From a virus: a DNA stretch of 64,000 nucleotides. This document shows positions 9,733 through 19,973 of this stretch, one piece after another; positions within the stretch are counted from its first letter, which is position 1; every line of letters starts with the position of its first letter. Under the pieces are notes generated by a model that ran no database searches, was not told the DNA's origin, and saw only the letters and a program-made list of their open reading frames with translations. The position numbers and the translations under genes are program-made. Location of the stretch: positions 11,959 to 75,958 of the IMG/VR virus record IMGVR_UViG_3300048854_000056. One strand, 5' to 3'.

Positions 9733-10220
9733 ATACCCCCATCTTAGTAACGTCAGAACGTATGCACAAGATGTACCTCGATCTTGGCAGTGCAGAAGAG
9801 ACTCCTAGCAGCCCTGCTAATGATCGGAACAATACCCGGTTTCAGGACCAGCTTCTTCGTCGGAAGGTAGCAGCGCCTAAGACCTTCAATACCCCGTTGG
9901 GGACCATGAATCGCGCACAGTATGCGGCCTATGTCGCCTCCTTGACGCCACGTCCCATCAAGCGCAACTACGAAGTCCTTGAGTGTGGGCACCAGTTCAC
10001 CAATGACTTCCCACCCCGTCATAGAAACTGTGAGACGTGCTGGACAGAGTTCTTCACAGCGAACTACGGGCAGCTTGTCGGCGTGATCGCCTTGATCGAC
10101 GAGGGTAAGGAACGAGACCTGGTCCTGAAGTTCGGAGCCAAGTACATCAAGTGGGCCAAGCGAGTGTCGGCCACGTTGCTGGTTGGTCAGAGTGAGGCAG
10201 AAGGACTCGCAGCCGCATGA
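9729..10220 (+). CDS. Hypothetical protein with possible Zn-binding motif
   Basis: 163 aa; CGH...CETC. Confidence 0.55.
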   Translation: MNTPILVTSERMHKMYLDLGSAEETPSSPANDRNNTRFQDQLLRRKVAAPKTFNTPLGTMNRAQYAAYVASLTPRPIKRNYEVLECGHQFTNDFPPRHRNCETCWTEFFTANYGQLVGVIALIDEGKERDLVLKFGAKYIKWAKRVSATLLVGQSEAEGLAAA

Positions 10221-10636
10221 AGTTCTTCCAGAACGCTACCGACGGAGGGAAGGACTCAGGTGTTACCGGGTTTTTCCTCATTGAGATAAAACCGTTGTTA
10301 TCGGTCGTATTTCTTCGCTTTCGTCCTGGCACCAGAGAGGCATTCCATTCACACGCATTCGATGCCTTGACATGGTTCCTCAAGGGCAGGGTAAGAGAGC
10401 ACCGAATCAGCTACCCATACGCTCAGATTATTTCGGTGAAAGAGTTCGGACCTAGCTTCCGCCCCAAGTTCACTCCTAGAGACAACCACCACAAGGTAGA
10501 AAGTCTTGGAGTCGCGTGGGCATTGTCAATCCGAGGACCGTGGGGCCAAACGTGGAGAGAATACTTACCAAAGTTGAGGAAGTTCGTGACCTTGACACAC
10601 GGTAGGAAAGTAGCACAGGAGGTAGAAGCAGAGTGA
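10217..10636 (+). CDS. Cupin-fold protein
   Basis: FHSHAF...E and HHKVE metal-binding cupin motifs. Confidence 0.6.
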   Translation: MKFFQNATDGGKDSGVTGFFLIEIKPLLSVVFLRFRPGTREAFHSHAFDALTWFLKGRVREHRISYPYAQIISVKEFGPSFRPKFTPRDNHHKVESLGVAWALSIRGPWGQTWREYLPKLRKFVTLTHGRKVAQEVEAE

Positions 10637-11841
10637 CATTCTTCAAGGACAGTTCCCTAGGAAAAGGGACTCCTACTAGCGAGGTGCCTACAGAGATGCC
10701 GATGGAGGCACCTGTAGAGCCTAAAGGGAAGGGAGGTGCTAAGGCCGAGGTAAAGGCTGAGGCACCGCAGAGTCGAGATGCTAAGTTCAAAGCACTCGTC
10801 AAGCTGGGCAAGGATATGGAGGTCGAGTTCAAGGCGAAGGGAATGCTTATCCGTCTTGGTGACCGTGCTGGAGAACCTGTTCCGTCGATACCACTTGGTT
10901 TAGTTTCTCTGGACAACTGGGTCCTAGGATGTGGTGGCCTGCCCAAAGGGAGGATCATAGAGATCTTTGGTCCTGAGTCGGCGGGTAAGACTACGATCAC
11001 TCTGGACATCCTTGCTAGTGTGCAGCGTGCCGGTGGTCTGGGGGCATTCGTGGACGCGGAACACGCGCTCGATCCACAGTGGGCAGCTACGTTGGGAGTG
11101 GACGTTGACAACCTCTTTGTCTCACAGCCGGACTACGGTGAACAGGCATTGCAGGTAGTGGAGCGTCTGGTTGACTCCCGCGCAGTCGATGTCATTGTGG
11201 TTGACTCGGTCACGGCCCTAGTCCCCAAGGCTGAGCTGGAGGGTGAGATCGGGGACAGCAACATCGGCCTTCAGGCTCGTCTCATGTCTCAGGCTATGCG
11301 CATCCTAGTGGCTAAGGTGGCCAAGTCCGGCGTGACCGTAATCTTCATCAACCAGATCCGAGAGAAGATTGGTGTGATGTTTGGGTCTCCAGAGGTCACC
11401 ACTGGTGGACGCGCTCTGAAGTTCTTTGCCAGTGTTCGTCTCGATGTTCGCAAGACCAAGATGATCGGTGAGGGCGGGGCGGTCAAGGAGTTCCAAGGTG
11501 GTGACAAGTCGGTACCCATCGGCAACATCATCAAGATCAAGTCTGTAAAGAACAAGGTGGCTGCTCCATTCCGTGAGACTGAGGTCCGGTTGCTCTATGA
11601 CTCGGGTCTCGACCGAGTGGCTGACATGGTGTCCTTCGCTGACAAGATCGGAGTGTTCACCAAGCGTGGTTCGTGGATCGACCTGGTCACTGGTGACAAG
11701 GGAGATGAGACGACTATCACCCTAGGAAACGGAGTTGTGGCCGCCAGTGAACGAGTGAAGGAAGACGAGAAGGTGCAGGCTATCATTCGGGCGCGAGTCT
11801 GGGAGATCCTCAACCCACCCAAGGAAGAGGCAGCAGCGTGA
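10633..11841 (+). CDS. recA: RecA recombinase
   Basis: GGLPKGRIIEIFGPESAGKTT, AFVDAEHALD, VVDSVTALVPKAELEGEIGD, FINQIREKIGVMFGSPEVTTGGRALKF. Confidence 0.97.
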   Translation: MTFFKDSSLGKGTPTSEVPTEMPMEAPVEPKGKGGAKAEVKAEAPQSRDAKFKALVKLGKDMEVEFKAKGMLIRLGDRAGEPVPSIPLGLVSLDNWVLGCGGLPKGRIIEIFGPESAGKTTITLDILASVQRAGGLGAFVDAEHALDPQWAATLGVDVDNLFVSQPDYGEQALQVVERLVDSRAVDVIVVDSVTALVPKAELEGEIGDSNIGLQARLMSQAMRILVAKVAKSGVTVIFINQIREKIGVMFGSPEVTTGGRALKFFASVRLDVRKTKMIGEGGAVKEFQGGDKSVPIGNIIKIKSVKNKVAAPFRETEVRLLYDSGLDRVADMVSFADKIGVFTKRGSWIDLVTGDKGDETTITLGNGVVAASERVKEDEKVQAIIRARVWEILNPPKEEAAA

Positions 11842-12047
11842 CACCGCAGCAACAGGTGGCGAAGGAGTGCTGCAATCTTCAATGTTACGACTGCGACAAG
11901 GGTGTGCCGTTGGTGGAGTTTCATAGGGACAACAATCTCTATCACACCAACGGCGGACCTTGCCGCTCCTACCTGATTCGTCGCAGGTTCAACCTGATGG
12001 ACGATGTCAGTCCGGTGGCTATTCCGCAGGGATGGCGACATGAGTAA
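11838..12047 (+). CDS. Small Cys-containing hypothetical protein
   Basis: 69 aa with CxxC; GTGA overlap with recA. Confidence 0.45.
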   Translation: MTPQQQVAKECCNLQCYDCDKGVPLVEFHRDNNLYHTNGGPCRSYLIRRRFNLMDDVSPVAIPQGWRHE

Positions 12048-12483
12048 AAAGGCCACCTGGAACATCCCTAGGAAGGGACTCAATGAGAAGTTCCTCTCCA
12101 TACCTATAGATCTTTTCAACTACGAAGCCCGCGTTATCCTCACAGACAGCATTACTGAGTCATACAAGGAGCGCCGTGACATCTTTGGCAACAAGTCCAT
12201 TGGCAACCCACGCGGTCTGTGCTGTGCCATGTACGGGGGTGTCGCATATCTGCTACTGGAGTATGCCGGGGACGCTGGCACCGTGGCCCACGAAACCAGC
12301 CACTTAGTGTGGGACATCATGGACCATATTGGAGCCAAGCATGAGAACGAGGTGAATGCATATTGCACCGGGTTCCTCATTCGGAAGATCACTCCGTTCA
12401 TATACAACGAGGGTTTGAAACGGGAGAAAAGGCTAAAGGATGCAACAACAATCAAGAGCAAACGAAAGGCAACAACGAAGTGA
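12040..12483 (+). CDS. Hypothetical protein with HExxH (zincin-like) motif
   Basis: VAHETSHL followed by E in NEVNAY; ATG 12040. Confidence 0.55.
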   Translation: MSKKATWNIPRKGLNEKFLSIPIDLFNYEARVILTDSITESYKERRDIFGNKSIGNPRGLCCAMYGGVAYLLLEYAGDAGTVAHETSHLVWDIMDHIGAKHENEVNAYCTGFLIRKITPFIYNEGLKREKRLKDATTIKSKRKATTK

Positions 12484-14345
12484 GTAATAACTGGTCAAAT
12501 TTAGGCAAGATTGTTTTCAGGCGCACCTATTCCCGCAGAACCCCTAACGGTAGCGAGTCCTTGCGTGAGGCGGCGGACAGAGCCATCTCTGGAAACGTGA
12601 GGGGTCGTAACGTTCCCGAGGAAGAACAGAAAGAGCTTCTGCGTCTTATGATCGGTAACAAGGCTGGTCCGGCTGGACGTGGGTGGTGGTTCTCCGGGGC
12701 GGAGGCTCACGCACGTATCGGTGGGGCAGCTTTGAACAATTGCTGGTATTTCAATGCGTCTGACTGGCAAGTGTTCGTCACAGTACAGGACCTTCTGATG
12801 CTCGGTGGTGGCGTTGGTCTCAGTGTGGAGCACCAGTTCGTTAGCAAGTTACCCAAGGTCAAGAAGGGAGTCGTAATCGAGCATAAGGCCACGAAGGACG
12901 CCGACTTCATTGTTCCTGATAGCCGTGAGGGTTGGTGTGAACTCCTTCGTCGTGTGTTGGAATCTTACTTCGTCACGGGGCGTAGCTTCACCTACAGCAC
13001 AGTGTGCGTTCGTGGTGCTGGTGAAATAATCCACGGCTTCGGAGGAACGGCATCCGGTCCTATCGACCTCATCAAACTAGTAGAGAGTATAGGGTTGATT
13101 CTAAATCCTAGGGCAGGGAAGAGTGTTCGTCCTCTGGACGCCGCTGATATCATTTGCGCCATTGGTGAGATGGTCGTGGCAGGAAACGTTCGGAGATCGG
13201 CCATCATAATCATTGGGGACTCGTTCGACCGTGTCTACCTTCAAGCAAAGCGATGGGACTTGGGTACACTGCCCTCTTACCGTGGCAAGGCTAACTTCTC
13301 TGTGATGTGCGACAACGTTGAAGACTTGCATCCTTTGTATTGGAAAACCTATGAGCATGGAGAGGCATTCGGTATCGTAGTTCGCTCCAACATCCGCAAG
13401 TACGGGCGCATGGGGGAGTTGAAGGCGGACACGGCGGAGGGTGTCAACCCTTGTGGAGAGGCTTGTTTGGAACCAGGTGAGCCTTGCAATCTCACAGAGA
13501 TGGCTCTTTGCAACATGGACTCGGAAGAGGAGTTCATCTCATCCGCCAGATTGATGCAGCGTTGGGCCAAGCGTGTGACGATGGATAAGTACCACCACCC
13601 CATCTCAGCGGAGGTTGTCGCTAGGAATCGTAGGACAGGAAACGGCATCACAGGATTGTTGAACTCTCCTCTGTTCAACCCTAAGACGCTAGACCGGGCC
13701 TACCAAGCTATCCAGCTTGAGGACAGCCGCTACAGTGCTGAACTAGGCATTCCTAGGAGTATCCGCACCACGGTGGTGAAGCCGTCGGGCACACGTTCAA
13801 AAGCGATGGACTGTGGAGGCTACGAAGGAATCCATGCCCCACTGAGTCGCTACATGATCCAACGTGTCAGGTTCTCTGCGCAAGATCCTTTGGTGGGTCA
13901 GCTCAGGGCGGCCGGGCACCACATCGAGCCCGACGTCAGGTTAGATGGATCACTGGATCATGGAACAGTGGTTGCTGAGTTCTATGTGCAGGCTCCTGAA
14001 GGTTCTCCTGTAGTAGACGAGGGGTTTGACACATGGAAGCAGCTCGACGTACTAAAGATGGCCCAGAAGCATTGGGCAGATCAAGCCGTCTCTGTGACTG
14101 TCTACTACAAGAAAGAGGAGATCCCACAGATAAAGGCATGGTTGGCTGACAACCTTCAATACCTGAAGTCGATCAGCTTCCTTCTCGAATCTGGACATGG
14201 GTTCAAGCTAGCTCCTAAAGAGGCCATCACCAAGGAACAATTCGAGCGCCTCAGCAAGACGGTGAAGCCTTTGCCTCTTGACGACATCCCAGACGGGGAC
14301 ATGGAGAGTATGGAGTGTGAAGGTGGCATCTGTCCGGTCAGATAA
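12480..14345 (+). CDS. nrdJ: Class II (adenosylcobalamin-dependent) ribonucleotide reductase, monomeric type
   Basis: VFRRTYSR, NCWY, GNVRRSA, NPCGE, CNLTE, VKPSGT, C-terminal CEGGICPVR; likely start GTG 12480. Confidence 0.93.
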   Translation: MSNNWSNLGKIVFRRTYSRRTPNGSESLREAADRAISGNVRGRNVPEEEQKELLRLMIGNKAGPAGRGWWFSGAEAHARIGGAALNNCWYFNASDWQVFVTVQDLLMLGGGVGLSVEHQFVSKLPKVKKGVVIEHKATKDADFIVPDSREGWCELLRRVLESYFVTGRSFTYSTVCVRGAGEIIHGFGGTASGPIDLIKLVESIGLILNPRAGKSVRPLDAADIICAIGEMVVAGNVRRSAIIIIGDSFDRVYLQAKRWDLGTLPSYRGKANFSVMCDNVEDLHPLYWKTYEHGEAFGIVVRSNIRKYGRMGELKADTAEGVNPCGEACLEPGEPCNLTEMALCNMDSEEEFISSARLMQRWAKRVTMDKYHHPISAEVVARNRRTGNGITGLLNSPLFNPKTLDRAYQAIQLEDSRYSAELGIPRSIRTTVVKPSGTRSKAMDCGGYEGIHAPLSRYMIQRVRFSAQDPLVGQLRAAGHHIEPDVRLDGSLDHGTVVAEFYVQAPEGSPVVDEGFDTWKQLDVLKMAQKHWADQAVSVTVYYKKEEIPQIKAWLADNLQYLKSISFLLESGHGFKLAPKEAITKEQFERLSKTVKPLPLDDIPDGDMESMECEGGICPVR

Positions 14346-14349
14346 CCAC

Positions 14350-14378
14350 TTGACACCAACTAAAAAAGGGCGTACTAT
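14350..14378 (+). promoter_or_regulatory. Sigma70-type promoter with ACACC-N11-GGCGT dyad
   Basis: TTGACA-17 bp-TACTAT. Confidence 0.7.
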
Positions 14379-14419
14379 AAATAATGTCACAACGGGGTGG
14401 GGCACCAAGTCTCACCCCG

Positions 14420-14601
14420 TTTCACCCACCGGAGACAACGTTGAACAACAAGATTTACTTCAACACATATCTGAGGAGATGGCTTCCAATCACGGAAAAC
14501 GCTGGTAACACGGCGGATGACTGGTTTGAGACCTTCAAAAGTCAAGGAATTTGCGTCGGAACCATAAAGAAGTAATTAGCTTTTCACCCACCGGAGACAA
14601 C
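14420..14601 (+). repeat. 20-bp direct repeat TTTCACCCACCGGAGACAAC upstream of two starts
   Basis: Identical copies at 14420-14439 and 14582-14601, each containing a GGAGA RBS. Confidence 0.85.
14441..14575 (+). CDS. Small hypothetical protein
   Basis: TTG start after repeat RBS; 44 aa. Confidence 0.4.
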   Translation: MNNKIYFNTYLRRWLPITENAGNTADDWFETFKSQGICVGTIKK

Positions 14602-14606
14602 ACCCA

Positions 14607-14948
14607 GTGAACAATCACTCAGCCAACTACCGCAAAGGCAACCCCGCCGCCAACCGCACACCTAAGAAGTTTGGAAACAAGAATCCACAGGGGAACAACC
14701 CCCACAAGACGCCCAAGGTTGTAGTCAAGGCCACTCCCACGCGCGAGTACCTTTGCACCGAGTGCCGCGTCCAGGTAACGAAGACCAATCGTTGCGGGAC
14801 CCTGCTTCAGGCGGCCGGCAAGGGCTCCCAGGAGAAACGGGCAGGTCTGGGCCGGTTCAAGTGTGTATGCGGAAGCAAGACGGTGTCCGTGAAGATCCTG
14901 AAGATCGAGAAGGTAGATAAGCCTGCTGAATTGTCTGCGGCGGCATAG
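14607..14948 (+). CDS. Basic Zn-ribbon-like protein
   Basis: CTEC...CVCG; Lys-rich. Confidence 0.6.
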   Translation: MNNHSANYRKGNPAANRTPKKFGNKNPQGNNPHKTPKVVVKATPTREYLCTECRVQVTKTNRCGTLLQAAGKGSQEKRAGLGRFKCVCGSKTVSVKILKIEKVDKPAELSAAA

Positions 14949-15035
14949 TGCTGTACCCAGTGACCGCGTCCCCTTGGGGTGTCAATTCCTAGGTGGGACG
15001 CGGTCTTTGTTTATCCCCCGGAGTAGAAAGGATTT

Positions 15036-15446
15036 ATGTCAGCCTTCAAATGGGCGCTAGGTAAGGGCCTGAAGCTTATAGATAAGATCGGTTCCACCCC
15101 AGAGCCAGTCTCCGTCGCACCACCCGTGAATGAGCCTATAGCAGAGGCCCCCCTACAAGTACCAATCGTCCTTCAGGACTGGAGCATACGGTCCATGTCG
15201 GATGGAGACTTCGTCACCCCCTATGCCGTCAAGGTTATGGATTGCTTCCTATTCTCAGGCGGACTGTCCCGCCACGAACCGATGCGCACCGGGAAGATGA
15301 TCGACTTCAACTACTGGACACGCACGGTTGAGGCAGAGGAGAACGGTCTCCGTTACCAAGCAAAGCTAGGACGGGTGAACAAGGCTTATGACGACTACCT
15401 GTTCTCTTGCCGAATCGCACATCCAGTAGTCCCTATAAAAATCTGA
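15036..15446 (+). CDS. Hypothetical protein
   Basis: 136-aa ORF with AGGA RBS. Confidence 0.6.
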   Translation: MSAFKWALGKGLKLIDKIGSTPEPVSVAPPVNEPIAEAPLQVPIVLQDWSIRSMSDGDFVTPYAVKVMDCFLFSGGLSRHEPMRTGKMIDFNYWTRTVEAEENGLRYQAKLGRVNKAYDDYLFSCRIAHPVVPIKI

Positions 15447-15459
15447 AAGAGACCCCACG

Positions 15460-15747
15460 ATGACATACGATTTCTTCTGTGATGATGACCACCTCACATC
15501 ACTTACCTTCCCAACAATCACGGCGGCGTCAAGTCACTTCGAGAGCCCCGTCACCAAGGACACGTATGATGAGACTACCTGCACAGTGTGCGGTAAGCTG
15601 GCCATTCGTAGCTACCGCAACTCCGGTACTTTGTTCTACGGGTCCGGGTGGGACAACCCTGCTCCTTCTGGTAGATCTCAGACAGTTGGTGCGGATGCTA
15701 CCAAAGTGGTGAGCAGTCTGGGTGCCACTTTGAATAGGGACAACTGA
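15460..15747 (+). CDS. FmdB-family-like zinc-ribbon protein
   Basis: MTYDFFC...CTVCGK...FYGSGW pattern. Confidence 0.65.
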   Translation: MTYDFFCDDDHLTSLTFPTITAASSHFESPVTKDTYDETTCTVCGKLAIRSYRNSGTLFYGSGWDNPAPSGRSQTVGADATKVVSSLGATLNRDN

Positions 15748-16256
15748 TGTCACCCCTGAACATGAACGCGACGTGCTACTGTGGGCATCGGCTTGCACAG
15801 CACTCTAAGTCTGTCGGATGTGGGCACTGTGACTGTACGGGGTTTACCGAGAAACTCACATATAAATGTGAGGTGTGCAGCGAGCTGATCTCCATCCTAG
15901 ATGCCCCTAACGCAGAGATAACCCGTCTTAGCTTTGCCGACAATGGGCGCAACTACGCACACACCAAGTGTATGTCTAAGAGGAAGAAGTCACCACTTTC
16001 CAAACCCAGCAGTTCATTGAAGATGAAGCCCACCCAACTGACGTCGGAAGCTGTTAGCGAGTTCCTTGAATCCGCCGTGTTCAATGGCATGTTGATGCTC
16101 ACTGAGAAGGAGGTCATCACTCTAATATGCCAATTGGCAGAGCACAACGTGTATGACCCGGCCGGGGACATCGACACTGATCTGGTACCAGTGGGAACGG
16201 ATTACCACAAGGTGCTTACCCGGTTGAAGGACTTCGTAGATAACATCGTAAAGTAG
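15747..16256 (+). CDS. Cys-rich hypothetical protein
   Basis: CYCGH...CGHCDC...CEVC. Confidence 0.55.
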   Translation: MSPLNMNATCYCGHRLAQHSKSVGCGHCDCTGFTEKLTYKCEVCSELISILDAPNAEITRLSFADNGRNYAHTKCMSKRKKSPLSKPSSSLKMKPTQLTSEAVSEFLESAVFNGMLMLTEKEVITLICQLAEHNVYDPAGDIDTDLVPVGTDYHKVLTRLKDFVDNIVK

Positions 16257-16269
16257 CACAAACACAATT

Positions 16270-16334
16270 AGACCCCGTTCCAACATTGAGACCTTTGTCA
16301 AAAAGGCTTGGTGTTGGAACGGGGTCTTTTTTTT
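16270..16334. terminator. Terminator between convergent operons
   Basis: 16-bp perfect inverted repeat 16270-16285/16312-16327 followed by a T run. Confidence 0.8.
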
Positions 16335-16342
16335 GGTATGTA

Positions 16343-16804
16343 CTAGGAAAGGAAAAGGTCAGCCTCAGCCTTGCGTCGAGCGGTCAGGCCGCGCAGGGGT
16401 TCCAGCTTTCCAGTCTTAGGATTCAGAGCTTTGTTCCATTCTGCAAAGTGCCCTGCGGCCTTCTGGTAGTCTCCCTTATTCAGAACCTTGAGGAGAGTGC
16501 TACCAGCTAAGCTACCACTGCCCTCATTGAAGGTGAAGTCAATCAGGGCGGCAAACTGGTTGTCGTTCAGCGGTACCTTGACGAGGTGTTCCACTTGGGC
16601 TCCTGCGAAGGCTAGGTCGGCTTTGTATAGGTCAATGGCCTCCTGCCTGGTAATCACCGAGTTGGGTCCGTAGTGGTCGTGGGGTGTGATGAGGTGGCCT
16701 ACACCGATGGTCCATTTACCTGTGGAGTCCTGGTAGGATTTCAACTTCACCCCCTCACTCTCTATACCTAACTGTACGGCGGCATCGGGGATAGGGCGGC
16801 TCAC
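16343..16804 (-). CDS. Endolysin, GH24 phage lysozyme
   Basis: SEGVKLKSYQDSTGKWTIGVGH, LNDNQFAALIDFTFNEG, GLTARRKAEADLF. Confidence 0.92.
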   Translation of the reverse strand: MSRPIPDAAVQLGIESEGVKLKSYQDSTGKWTIGVGHLITPHDHYGPNSVITRQEAIDLYKADLAFAGAQVEHLVKVPLNDNQFAALIDFTFNEGSGSLAGSTLLKVLNKGDYQKAAGHFAEWNKALNPKTGKLEPLRGLTARRKAEADLFLS

Positions 16805-17448
16805 AGGAACATACCTCCTACCGAGTGAACAACCTTGAGGGTCCAGTTAGCGATGGAGACGATCAGGCGGGGATGAGTGATGGTGTGGACCTCGTCCTCT
16901 ATATCGTTCATGGTTCGCGCTGTGCTGGCCGTGGTTGCGTCCACGTTCTTGAGGGTCTGTGTTATGTCCGGGCTCTGTATGAGAGCGTCCAAGTGCTTCT
17001 CTGTGACTTCTAGCTGGGCTAGGTCGTTGTTGGCCTGCCCCAGAACTACATCGACGTGGGAGATGGTGGTGTCCGTGGTCTTGAGGACGGTAACGGCTTG
17101 GTCGGTTAGCTTGTTTTGATTCTCACTGAGAGTCTCCGTGGCGGTGTTGGCTGATACGAGGAGCCTGTGTGTGTCACCTAGGATTCCTTGTACCTGATCC
17201 ACTACGGCCGGCATCTGTTTCTCGAAATAAAATCGTTCGTCGATGGCGGCGTGGTTTATATCCTTCATCGTTATTCGGGTTTCTTGCACAAGCCGATGGA
17301 TGTCCTGTTGCACAAGGTCGATATTGGCGTTAGCCTTCTGTACTGTCGTTCCTAGTCGCAACGCAGTAATTCCTAGCGTAACGCACATAAAGGAGACAGC
17401 AAGAAGACTGGAGACCTTTGCGATCTCCAGTACATTCTTAGTGTTCAT
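16801..17448 (-). CDS. Membrane-anchored coiled-coil protein (possible spanin-like lysis protein)
   Basis: N-terminal TM helix, long heptad region, coupled to endolysin. Confidence 0.45.
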   Translation of the reverse strand: MNTKNVLEIAKVSSLLAVSFMCVTLGITALRLGTTVQKANANIDLVQQDIHRLVQETRITMKDINHAAIDERFYFEKQMPAVVDQVQGILGDTHRLLVSANTATETLSENQNKLTDQAVTVLKTTDTTISHVDVVLGQANNDLAQLEVTEKHLDALIQSPDITQTLKNVDATTASTARTMNDIEDEVHTITHPRLIVSIANWTLKVVHSVGGMFL

Positions 17449-17471
17449 CTATACCTTCGTTCTGATTCTCA

Positions 17472-17840
17472 TTACGGGAGGGGGTGGCCGATGGCCGAGA
17501 ACTTGTCCTTGTACTGGTCGATGAAGGACTTGAACTGGTTGTAGGTGTCTATGCCGATCTTGACATCCACCGACGTTGCCCCACTGATGGGATCAGCCGT
17601 ATGGATAGCGGAAAGGAACTCACCAGCAGCCGACTCAAGGAGACGCTCAAACTCAAGAGCCTCACTTGCGTAGGGAACTCCGGCAGCCGCGAGGACAGCC
17701 GTGGTCTTCTCCGCCGCCTGGTCGATCTTTACAACGGTAGGAACGATCTTCTGCTCCGTGTAGACGAGCGCCGCTTTCAGTTTTGATGCTCCCGTTGCGA
17801 TGTAGTGGCCAAGGGTTGCGAAACCAAGGAAATTGCTCAT
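17472..17840 (-). CDS. Hypothetical protein
   Basis: 122-aa ORF with GGAGA RBS. Confidence 0.55.
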   Translation of the reverse strand: MSNFLGFATLGHYIATGASKLKAALVYTEQKIVPTVVKIDQAAEKTTAVLAAAGVPYASEALEFERLLESAAGEFLSAIHTADPISGATSVDVKIGIDTYNQFKSFIDQYKDKFSAIGHPLP

Positions 17841-17870
17841 GTATTGCTTTTCTCCAATGTGATTTTGTTG

Positions 17871-18605
17871 TTACAGGGTTACTGCCCCATACGCTTCAGG
17901 GTGCGCTAGGATCTGGTCCATAAGGGGGAAAGTCAGGGATGTCATGATGCCGTCAAACAGCTCTACGGCGGCTCTCTTGGCTCCCTCTATGTCACCTTCC
18001 TGAGTGACAAGGTTGTGCGTCCAGATGTCGGCCGGGGCAGAGTCCAACTCCACCTCAGAGACATGCTTGGTCTGGGACGAGGTGAGACCGTTGTCATACC
18101 CGGCACGCTCTACCTTTACGGTGTAGCCTTCAAAGGATCTGATGTAGGTGACCTCGTTGCGAAATCTGACATCCGTAATAAGGGCAATCTTGGGACGGTC
18201 ACGTTCTATACGAGCACGGAGTTTGTTCAACCAGTAGAAGGGGTCGGCCGCGCGTCTATACTCAGTTCCCCACCACTGATACAGAGCACGCTGCTTAGTG
18301 AATGGGTAACCCGGTTCAATCTGAGCGTTAGGGTCGAAGGGCACACCCACCTTGTCACACAGGTTCTCCGCCAGGCGCAGCGGAGAGGGTGCGTCAAACA
18401 CTATCTCCCCGTTCTTCTCTGAGTGGTGTACCCAGTTGTCGAACATAGCCGCATCGACTTCCTCGCGGAGGGTGTCGGCAAAAGCATACCGGCGGATGTC
18501 GTACTGACCACCACGAGCCTCTAGGATCGCGTTTACCGCTGTGTCTTTCCCCATCTTGGCCTTATAGCCAAGCCCGATTATGACGGTGCTAGGAAGTGGG
18601 GTCAT
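17871..18605 (-). CDS. Deoxynucleoside monophosphate kinase
   Basis: IIGLGYKAKMGKDTA P-loop, AFADTLR, QWWGTEYRR, ITDVRFRNE, HVSE. Confidence 0.85.
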   Translation of the reverse strand: MTPLPSTVIIGLGYKAKMGKDTAVNAILEARGGQYDIRRYAFADTLREEVDAAMFDNWVHHSEKNGEIVFDAPSPLRLAENLCDKVGVPFDPNAQIEPGYPFTKQRALYQWWGTEYRRAADPFYWLNKLRARIERDRPKIALITDVRFRNEVTYIRSFEGYTVKVERAGYDNGLTSSQTKHVSEVELDSAPADIWTHNLVTQEGDIEGAKRAAVELFDGIMTSLTFPLMDQILAHPEAYGAVTL

Positions 18606-18877
18606 TTGCCCCTCACAAAACCAAACAATGCCCTAACCGCGTGCAGACCAAGTCCTAGGACAATGTCTATCTTGAAAGGAAGCATGGCCACAGCAAACGC
18701 CTTAGTCGCTGCAAGGTTTACTACCCAGATGAGTGCGGAAATGATGACTACGTGCAGGGCGAAGGCACCCACCATGAACCCTGCCATTACTATGAAGCTG
18801 CTAAGAATAGTGAGTAGTACGACCAGGAACCCGTCGTCTGCGCTCGTATACTTACGTGAATATCCCAAGTGCCACAT
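18602..18877 (-). CDS. Small membrane protein
   Basis: 91 aa, two or three hydrophobic helices. Confidence 0.5.
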   Translation of the reverse strand: MWHLGYSRKYTSADDGFLVVLLTILSSFIVMAGFMVGAFALHVVIISALIWVVNLAATKAFAVAMLPFKIDIVLGLGLHAVRALFGFVRGK

Positions 18878-18902
18878 CCTTTATAATTTGGTGTCGTGTG
18901 GT

Positions 18903-19973
18903 TTAGTACGTCGAAATGGTTCCTGTGTATTCCTGACCAGTACACGCCATCTGTTCGGCAATGGTCATGAAGGGAACAGCCAGGTGTGTGTCGGGGAAGA
19001 AGGTGATGACGGGAAAGGCCGTAGATGTGATGAGCGAGCAATGACGCTGTGCGAACCCACTCCTTACATTCAAGGTCCCTGAACATAGTGCTATCCGTCT
19101 CTGCCCACCTTCGTTATACACAGACACACCTGCTCGATGTGCGTCACCTTGTATGGCTATCTCTCTATCAGGGGCTTCAAGACGAAGATATTTCTTACAG
19201 CCGGCCGTTACGTCCATAGCTGTCACACCTGAGAACTTGTGCGACACCGCGATCTTGTAGGACTGGTCTCCCACTAGGAGTGTTGGATGACCGATGCCTG
19301 AGAAGTATGGGGCTTTCTTAGCTAGGATGTTCTTGATGGGGCAGGCTCCGATAGCCTGTTCACTTCTCATCGTCGAGTGATTCGACCATGTAGCCCATAG
19401 GAGCTTGTGGACAACTTCCTCCAACCAAGATTCTACGAACTCGATCTGCATGGAGGGATCTAGGACTTGAGCGCAGACCTCGGCAACACCTCGAAGCTTT
19501 ACCGCCCACTCAACCTCGTCACCATTGAGTACGAAGAATAGGTTAGGTGTGTTGATAATCAAGTCAGTGAGTTCAACGAAAAGATCGTAGTTGGTACCGA
19601 ACGCTCCTATATGTGTGTCTGACAACTGCATTACAGTCACAGGGTTGACTCCGTCTCCTACACGGATATCAGCAGTGGCTTGGCTCCAAGAGGAATCTCC
19701 ACGGAGCTTCTGCATACCTTTGATGACTGGGATACTGTCTCTCCAGTTGAAGCCTCCTATTTTCTTGTCGAGGTAAAGGATTGGGCGGGGCTCGGAGGGC
19801 TCTTCCGCTTCCGCAGTTCTAATGCGGCGTACTGTTGACTCCCCTATTCCTAGGGCCTTGCCGATTTGGACATTGCTAATACCGGCTCTCACCCGCTTCA
19901 TTACTTCATTTCGGGTTGCAGCATCCGTCTTGTTTACCGGAGCCTGTTTCTTCAAGGTCACGGGGCTACTCAT
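18903..19973 (-). CDS. N-terminal HTH plus calcineurin-like metallophosphoesterase
   Basis: HTH SNVQIGKALGIGESTVRR; LSDTHIG, NGDEVE, SNH, SHK, GDAH motifs. Confidence 0.78.
   Translation of the reverse strand: MSSPVTLKKQAPVNKTDAATRNEVMKRVRAGISNVQIGKALGIGESTVRRIRTAEAEEPSEPRPILYLDKKIGGFNWRDSIPVIKGMQKLRGDSSWSQATADIRVGDGVNPVTVMQLSDTHIGAFGTNYDLFVELTDLIINTPNLFFVLNGDEVEWAVKLRGVAEVCAQVLDPSMQIEFVESWLEEVVHKLLWATWSNHSTMRSEQAIGACPIKNILAKKAPYFSGIGHPTLLVGDQSYKIAVSHKFSGVTAMDVTAGCKKYLRLEAPDREIAIQGDAHRAGVSVYNEGGQRRIALCSGTLNVRSGFAQRHCSLITSTAFPVITFFPDTHLAVPFMTIAEQMACTGQEYTGTISTY

Noticed and set aside
10476-11111. Long antisense ORFs opposite recA and other large genes (for example 29998..30600, 32773..33360, 37806..38411)
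   Set aside because: Shadow frames of well-supported genes on the other strand.
15580-15592. Palindrome-like matches at 15580 and 51075 as certain operators
   Set aside because: Both encode Cys-Thr-Val-Cys, so protein constraint alone could produce them; counted as weak.
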